11,284 nt of DNA from a virus. Taxonomy: Duplodnaviria; Heunggongvirae; Uroviricota; Caudoviricetes. This document shows, piece by piece, positions 7,303 through 11,284 of the stretch (positions within the stretch are counted from its first letter, which is position 1; every line of letters starts with the position of its first letter). A model generated the notes under the pieces. It was not told where the DNA came from, searched no databases, and was given only the letters and a program-made list of their open reading frames with translations. The stretch lies in IMG/VR virus record IMGVR_UViG_2663763286_000008. One strand, given 5' to 3'. Made by a program: the position numbers and the translations under genes.

Positions 7303-9214
7303 TCACTCCTCCGGACAGCTTCGCTGCCAGTTCTTTCAGGGTTGGCCGGGTCGTCTCTTCTTCCCGGGATTTTGCCAGTACAGCCAGATCAAGCTGCCAG
7401 CGTTGCACGGACACACGTAATGCCGCGTAGGCATACACCAGGCAGTCCAGCGCTTCGTTACGCCGCTTTTTGTTATCCCACAGCAGACGCATCTTTCCTT
7501 TTTCCCACTTCTCCACCAGCTCTTCCGCCACCAGTTGCTGCGCCTCTGTCTGCGAAAAAATCTCCGGATCATCAGGAAAACGGATGGCATACGACGTGGC
7601 TTCATCCGCAGGCGAGGGATCGGCTTTCATACGGGCATAGAGAATTTCTTTTGCGGTGTCCGTTCCCACTTCACACAGATACACGCCCCGCTGATTGCGG
7701 GTTTTTGGCATGGTGATCACCGGCTTGCCATAGACAGATGCGCCTTTTACCGGCAGCACCCGGAAAACACCGTGTTTTTTTGATCTCTGATAAACAATTT
7801 CACCATCGATCCCCCCGGTGTCCCAGCAGACACGGGAAATAGTCATTTCGGTGCCATCCGCATGGCGGTATTTTTTGTTGATCGCCGCATCCACACGTAA
7901 CAGCGTCTCTTCCTCATCAGGACGCCCCATAATGATGATTTTATCCACCAGAAAGGCTTCCTCTCCCGGAGCCCATCCCCAGACATACATCTCAAAACGG
8001 TTTCGCTGCGAGTCAATGCCCGCCGTCAGATAAACCACCCGGGCAGGCACCGCCGCCGTGTAACGCACCACCTTATCCATCAGTACCTGGTGATCGAGTT
8101 TTTCGCCCACGGCCTCTTCCCAGGTCTCGCCCAGCGTGGTGTTCACAAAGGTTTTCAGGCCGTTGGGATCTTTCAGTGCATCCAGCCAGTCATAGACAAT
8201 CTGTACCCAGGTGGTGAACGGACTGTACGCCGTCCAGATATGGAAAGTGATGGAGCGCGGCGGCGGAATTTCATCACCCCGGGCGCTGAAAAACGTCAGA
8301 CCGTCACGGGTCCACATGCCCGTGTTTTCACAGATCCACCGCCCGTTGCTCTGGTCCAGTTCAGACTGATGGATCACGCAGCCATGATGTTCACAGAGGT
8401 AGAAAACACTTTCAGGGCTGTCCTTCTCCCATTTAAGCCCAAAAGGCGTGGACTCATCGCCAAATTTCAGATACTGCTCCTCCCCACAGTGCGGGCAGGG
8501 CACATAAAAACGCATAAAATGCGCCGACTCGTTAGCGGCTTTTTCGATCTGGCAGGTGCCTTTGATTTTAGGCGTCGAGCCGCGAATGGATTTTGGCCAC
8601 ACCGACCCCTCAATACGCTTATCCCCCAGCAGGGTTGGCGAGCCCTCTTTTTCGACATCCGGCTCGAACGAGGAAAGTTCGTCATAGCAGACCACGTCCA
8701 CGGATTTTTCACGGTAGTTTTTGGCGGCAGCGCCGCCCAGGCACCAGAAACCGACGCCCGATGAAAAGCGTTTCAGCGTGAGAGTATTGTCACGATGTTT
8801 ACGACCCAGCCATGGGGAAAGGTCTTTCAGGCATGGCACGTTCCGAATCGTCGCCTCCACGTGAGACTTCATAAAATCTTCAGCGGCAGAATCCGTGGGC
8901 TGAAAAAGCAGACTGTTTCGGGATTTATGCTCAATAAAATACCCGACCACCCCCAGCAACATCTTTGTATAGCCAACACGGGCAGATTTAATCAGGTTAA
9001 CCGTGCGAACCTGGTCGTTACCCATACAGTTCATAATGGCGATCTGGAATGGCAGCGTTTTCCATTCTCCCTCACCGTATGAGGATTCTTTAGGCAGATA
9101 ATAATTTTGATCAGCCCATTCAACTGCCGTCATTGGTACAACCCTGACCAGAGGCTGCAGCGCAACCGAAACGGCAGCCATCATATTATTCAGTTGTTGC
9201 TCTGATATATTCAT
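7286..9214 (-). CDS. A: terminase large subunit (lambda gpA homolog)
   Basis: From the ATG at 9214 (MNISEQQLNN) the 642 aa product contains TAVEWAD.NYYLPKES, ARVGY.KMLLGV, KSVDV..YDEL, GDKRIEGSVWPKSIRGSTPK, HFMRF.V.CPHCGEEQYLKFGD.ETPFGLKW, HIWTAYSPFTTWVQIV and KKRRNEALDC.VYA.AALR, collinear with lambda gpA. The ORF track's longer TTG start at 9271 is rejected. Confidence 0.95.
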   Translation of the reverse strand: MNISEQQLNNMMAAVSVALQPLVRVVPMTAVEWADQNYYLPKESSYGEGEWKTLPFQIAIMNCMGNDQVRTVNLIKSARVGYTKMLLGVVGYFIEHKSRNSLLFQPTDSAAEDFMKSHVEATIRNVPCLKDLSPWLGRKHRDNTLTLKRFSSGVGFWCLGGAAAKNYREKSVDVVCYDELSSFEPDVEKEGSPTLLGDKRIEGSVWPKSIRGSTPKIKGTCQIEKAANESAHFMRFYVPCPHCGEEQYLKFGDESTPFGLKWEKDSPESVFYLCEHHGCVIHQSELDQSNGRWICENTGMWTRDGLTFFSARGDEIPPPRSITFHIWTAYSPFTTWVQIVYDWLDALKDPNGLKTFVNTTLGETWEEAVGEKLDHQVLMDKVVRYTAAVPARVVYLTAGIDSQRNRFEMYVWGWAPGEEAFLVDKIIIMGRPDEEETLLRVDAAINKKYRHADGTEMTISRVCWDTGGIDGEIVYQRSKKHGVFRVLPVKGASVYGKPVITMPKTRNQRGVYLCEVGTDTAKEILYARMKADPSPADEATSYAIRFPDDPEIFSQTEAQQLVAEELVEKWEKGKMRLLWDNKKRRNEALDCLVYAYAALRVSVQRWQLDLAVLAKSREEETTRPTLKELAAKLSGGVNGYSR

Positions 9215-9695
9215 CGAGTAAATCCGGTAATTTATCCCCTGCCCGCGCACACTGATTTGCCCCCTTCGCAATAAGGGTTTTCAGATGGTCAAGATGGCGC
9301 GGTGTTAAATCAGGAAACTGTCGCTGCATGGATAAAGGGATGGAATCAAGCGTACTGGATAACGCCATTGCCAGCTTACTGAGGGCAAAAATACAGAACC
9401 CGGTGTCAATAAGTTTTCCTTTTGACACCTCATTTTTTAACTGCTGTGTAACAGCCTGTTCTGCTGTCAGTTCCCATCTGGCAATAAGCAATTTCTCCTC
9501 ATAGTCGTCTTCGCTATCGCCATCAGGCACATCGTTTTTACTTCTCCTCAGATATGATATGTAAAAATCGCGCCAGGCATCCAGATCCAGTTGCCCTCGC
9601 TTATTCGATATCGGGGCACCCGGCAATTTCTGCAATCTGCGAAGCTGGCGATCGGTCAGACTTAAATGCCTGGCAACTTCAGTCTGCGTAGCCAC
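9186..9695 (-). CDS. nu1: terminase small subunit (Nu1-like) with a divergent N-terminal DNA-binding domain
   Basis: The C-terminal two thirds (IDTGFCIFALSKLAMALSSTLDSIPLSMQRQFPDLTPRHLDHLK...LLDEYI) resemble lambda Nu1, whereas the N-terminus (MATQTEVARHLSLTDRQLRRLQ, HTH-like) does not. It starts at a GTG with a GAGGTGAGGA ribosome-binding site, overlaps the start of A by 29 nt as in lambda, and sits directly downstream of cos. Confidence 0.85.
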   Translation of the reverse strand: MATQTEVARHLSLTDRQLRRLQKLPGAPISNKRGQLDLDAWRDFYISYLRRSKNDVPDGDSEDDYEEKLLIARWELTAEQAVTQQLKNEVSKGKLIDTGFCIFALSKLAMALSSTLDSIPLSMQRQFPDLTPRHLDHLKTLIAKGANQCARAGDKLPDLLDEYIRATTE

Positions 9696-9735
9696 TCCTC
9701 ACCTCGCAAAAACTCTCACCTCACAATCACAACAA

Positions 9736-9842
9736 AACCGGTCATGTCCGGTTTACATGTCTGTTTTTTGTTCATGTCCGGTTCACAGAAGACCTGTTTT
9801 TATATTTTTCATATAGTTAACTTGAAGAGAAACCGGACATGG
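9736..9842 (-). promoter_or_regulatory. cosB-like region: three copies of an 11 bp core (catgtccggtt) flanking an AT-rich tract; predicted terminase small-subunit and IHF binding sites
   Basis: The core occurs at 9743-9753 and 9773-9783 (plus orientation) and inverted at 9832-9842 (aaccggacatg). The first copy sits inside a longer palindrome, aaccggtcatgtccggtt. An AT-rich segment (9795-9830) lies between copies 2 and 3, mirroring the lambda R3-I1-R2-R1 layout. Confidence 0.65.
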
Positions 9843-9878
9843 ATCCCGGAAAATTTTCATAAATAGCGAAAACCCGCG

Positions 9879-9890
9879 AGGTCGCCGCCC
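9879..9890 (-). other. cosN cohesive-end sequence (minus strand GGGCGGCGACCT)
   Basis: The minus strand reads gggcggcgacctcgcgggttttcgctatttatgaaaattttccgg, identical to the lambda left end as I recall it. The other side (9891-9906, minus-strand read gatccgacaggttacg) matches the lambda right terminus. Confidence 0.85.
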
Positions 9891-10097
9891 CGTAACCTGT
9901 CGGATCGCCGGAAAGGACCCACGAAAATGATAATAATTATCATCTACATGAGGTTTATCACGACATGTGTGTACGCCATCAAACCACGAGAAATAATCAA
10001 TTATTACGCAAGTATCGTATTAATTGATCTGCATCAAATTAGCGTAAAAGCAACTTCAGATAATACAAATCAGCAACACTGAATACGGGGCAACATT

Positions 10098-10322
10098 ATG
10101 TCATCAAAGAACAGAACCCGCAGAACAACAACCCGCAACATCCGATTTCCAAACCAGATAATTGAACAAATTAACATCGCTCTTGACCTGAAAGGTTCAG
10201 GTAATTTTTCAGCGTGGGTTATTGAAGCCTGCAGAAGAAGATTAATTAATGAAAAATATTCTCAATTTGTACCCAACAAAGACAAACACGACCAGAGCAC
10301 CTGTTCAGACAGGTTTACTTAA
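10098..10322 (+). CDS. small DUF3950-family protein (YlcI/YnfO-like; homolog of the small ORF at the lambda right end), probable ribbon-helix-helix fold
   Basis: The 74 aa product MSSKNRTRRTTTRNIRFPNQIIEQINIALDLKGSGNFSAWVIEACRRRL has the YlcI/YnfO-type N-terminus I recall from lambdoid prophages. The pattern of a basic N-terminus, a short beta strand (NIRFP) and two helices resembles ribbon-helix-helix DNA binders. ATG start with a GGGG ribosome-binding site. Confidence 0.75.
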   Translation: MSSKNRTRRTTTRNIRFPNQIIEQINIALDLKGSGNFSAWVIEACRRRLINEKYSQFVPNKDKHDQSTCSDRFT

Positions 10323-10340
10323 ACGACTTATATATGACAC

Positions 10341-10367
10341 AAAAAGCGACCACTAAAGTCGCTTTTT
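10341..10367. terminator. bidirectional intrinsic terminator between the convergent DUF3950 and PerC-like genes
   Basis: aaaaagcgac cactaaa gtcgcttttt: a 6 bp GC-containing stem (agcgac/gtcgct) with a 7 nt loop, flanked by an A5 run on one side and a T5 run on the other, so it can act on transcripts from either strand. It lies 19 nt after the DUF3950 stop and 37 nt after the PerC-like stop. Confidence 0.65.
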
Positions 10368-10403
10368 CTTATGGTAACAGGCAATAACGCTCTCAGATAT
10401 TTT

Positions 10404-10718
10404 TTAGCATTTTTTTGACCGCGCGTTTCCGGACGTATTCTGTTCTCCTGTCCCTTTATATCGTCGGAATACCCGCCGCTCTTCAAATCCCATTCCCAAC
10501 TCAGAATGTAGTCTGTTGACCGCTTGTTTTATTTCGGTCAGGTTCACCGGTGAAACCGGAGTCCGGCGCGCCTTACGCAAACACTCTGCTCGTTTCTGTG
10601 CCGCCACTTTTCTTTTCTGGTCATCACTTAGCTGTACCATCACTTTTGCCCATCGTTCAGCTGCTCTCCGGTACAGTCCTTTTTTCTCCAGACATTCTGC
10701 CACGTGATCATGTAGCAT
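10404..10718 (-). CDS. PerC-family transcriptional regulator (Pch-like, PerC homolog)
   Basis: The 104 aa product MLHDHVAECLEKKGLYRRAAERWAKVMVQLSDDQKRKVAAQKRAECLRKARR carries the LEKKGL(W/Y)RRA..RWA..M motif that I recognise as the PerC/Pch signature. ATG start with a GGAGG ribosome-binding site 8 nt upstream. Low GC, in contrast to the flanking phage genes. Confidence 0.75.
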   Translation of the reverse strand: MLHDHVAECLEKKGLYRRAAERWAKVMVQLSDDQKRKVAAQKRAECLRKARRTPVSPVNLTEIKQAVNRLHSELGMGFEERRVFRRYKGTGEQNTSGNARSKKC

Positions 10719-10761
10719 AAGTGACCTCCGATTATCTACAGACTGCCATCCTGAATTTACC

Positions 10762-10856
10762 TTCCCTTAATGAAATAACAATAAAAAACAAACCACGCAA
10801 AAACAATAAAACAACACACAAAAAAAACTAAATAATAAACAAAAATAATCACCTTA
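10762..10856 (-). repeat. strand-asymmetric low-complexity tract (A/C-only on plus, T/G-only on minus) in the PerC-like gene's upstream region
   Basis: About 95 bp (aaataacaataaaaaacaaaccacgcaaaaacaataaaacaacacacaaaaaaaactaaataataaacaaaaataatcacc) contain almost no G and very little T on the plus strand. The tract lies about 45-140 bp upstream of the PerC-like start codon. Confidence 0.6.
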
Positions 10857-11183
10857 TTTTATTATTTTTTGAGGGAGCAATTACTGAACAAAAAACGCTG
10901 ACTATATACTCAAAACCAAACAACTATTCTGCCAATCAGGTATCATGGCAACACACGGAATTACCGTGTTTTTGCCTTCTCTGCCCATACAATACGGGCA
11001 TATACTTCATACTCTATTGTAATATTTCTATCCATGCGCCCCACTCCATTTACCTGTAAATAATATTCAAAATATTTATCACAGAAATCGTTTTTGGCCA
11101 TGAACTGAGCACACTATAAAGTCCGGAACTGACTCTTTGTTAAATTACTTTAACGTTACCAGTAACACCTTCATAACAAAACA

Positions 11184-11284
11184 TCACGGTATACACTGGG
11201 TACGGATATATTCCTGTGCTCCTTCCAGTTGCTTCTGCATTGCCATCAGCCGTTCTCTGAGGATGAAATAATCCCGTTCAGCGG
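11184..11284 (-). CDS. Rz: i-spanin Rz, 3' end only (gene starts beyond the window end)
   Basis: The minus-strand frame ending at 11184 reads ...AERDYFILRERLMAMQKQLEGAQEYIRTQCIP*, matching the lambda Rz C-terminus (AERDYFTLRERL..MQKQLEG.Q.YI..QC) as I recall it. Confidence 0.8.
   Translation of the reverse strand, partial: AERDYFILRERLMAMQKQLEGAQEYIRTQCIP
11246..11284 (-). CDS. Rz1: o-spanin Rz1, 3' end only, embedded in the +1 frame of Rz
   Basis: The alternative minus-strand frame reads ...PLNGIISSSENG*, matching the lambda Rz1 C-terminus (PLNGIISPSERG), with the typical nesting inside Rz. Confidence 0.75.
   Translation of the reverse strand, partial: PLNGIISSSENG

Noticed and set aside
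8090-8764. 224 aa plus-strand ORF, and other plus-strand ORFs such as 4927-5502, 5055-5480, 6113-6619, 6674-7120, 7342-7716 and 8795-9082
   Set aside because: All lie antisense inside well-conserved, GC-rich lambda head and terminase genes, where long stop-free antisense frames arise by chance. None has a ribosome-binding site or a recognisable product.
9215-9271. Longer terminase large-subunit start (TTG at 9271, MRRGQISVRG...) from the ORF track
   Set aside because: The ATG at 9214 gives an N-terminus (MNISEQQ) that aligns with lambda gpA, and the extension lies inside the Nu1 coding region with no ribosome-binding site.
9666-9866. 66 aa plus-strand ORF across the cosB region
   Set aside because: It overlaps the terminase-binding repeats and the AT-rich IHF-like tract, has no ribosome-binding site, and cos regions are non-coding in lambdoid phages.
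10516-10707. 63 aa plus-strand ORF inside the PerC-like gene
   Set aside because: It is antisense to a gene with a recognisable family signature and has no start context.
10098-10718. Possibility that the DUF3950 (ribbon-helix-helix-like) gene and its neighbour form a toxin-antitoxin pair
   Set aside because: The two genes are convergent and separated by a terminator, not co-oriented in an operon, and the neighbour is a PerC-family regulator, not a toxin family.
10762-10856. Possibility that the A/C-rich tract is a CRISPR array or a tandem repeat array
   Set aside because: It has no regularly spaced direct repeats with unique spacers and no defined repeat unit; it is compositional low complexity only.
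10953-10973. Short hairpin with a T5 run (cacgg aatta ccgtg ttttt) resembling a plus-strand terminator
   Set aside because: The stem is only 5-6 bp, and no plus-strand transcription unit is evident upstream that it would terminate.

Overview
This window is the packaging/head arm and extreme right end of a lambda-like prophage from an Escherichia coli-type genome, with the late genes on the minus strand. No CRISPR array, tRNA/rRNA gene or recognisable defence system is visible; I did not find a clearly novel system. Reading right to left (the phage's direction of transcription): the 3' end of the spanin genes Rz/Rz1 (11184-11284), an AT-rich cargo segment carrying a PerC-family (Pch-like) regulator gene where lambda carries bor, a small DUF3950 gene, a lambda-type cos site (cosN 9879-9890), then Nu1, A, W, B, C, D, E, FI, FII, Z, U and V, all apparently full length. 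The module ends at an IS3-family (IS629-like) insertion sequence that interrupts the tail-assembly chaperone gene G after its seventh codon. The most notable points are this IS-disrupted tail module next to an intact head module, the PerC-like cargo gene with an unusual A/C-only upstream tract, and a cos site whose cosN is lambda-like while its Nu1-binding repeats and the Nu1 N-terminus are divergent. All homology statements rest on recalled lambda, IS629 and PerC sequences, not on a database search.
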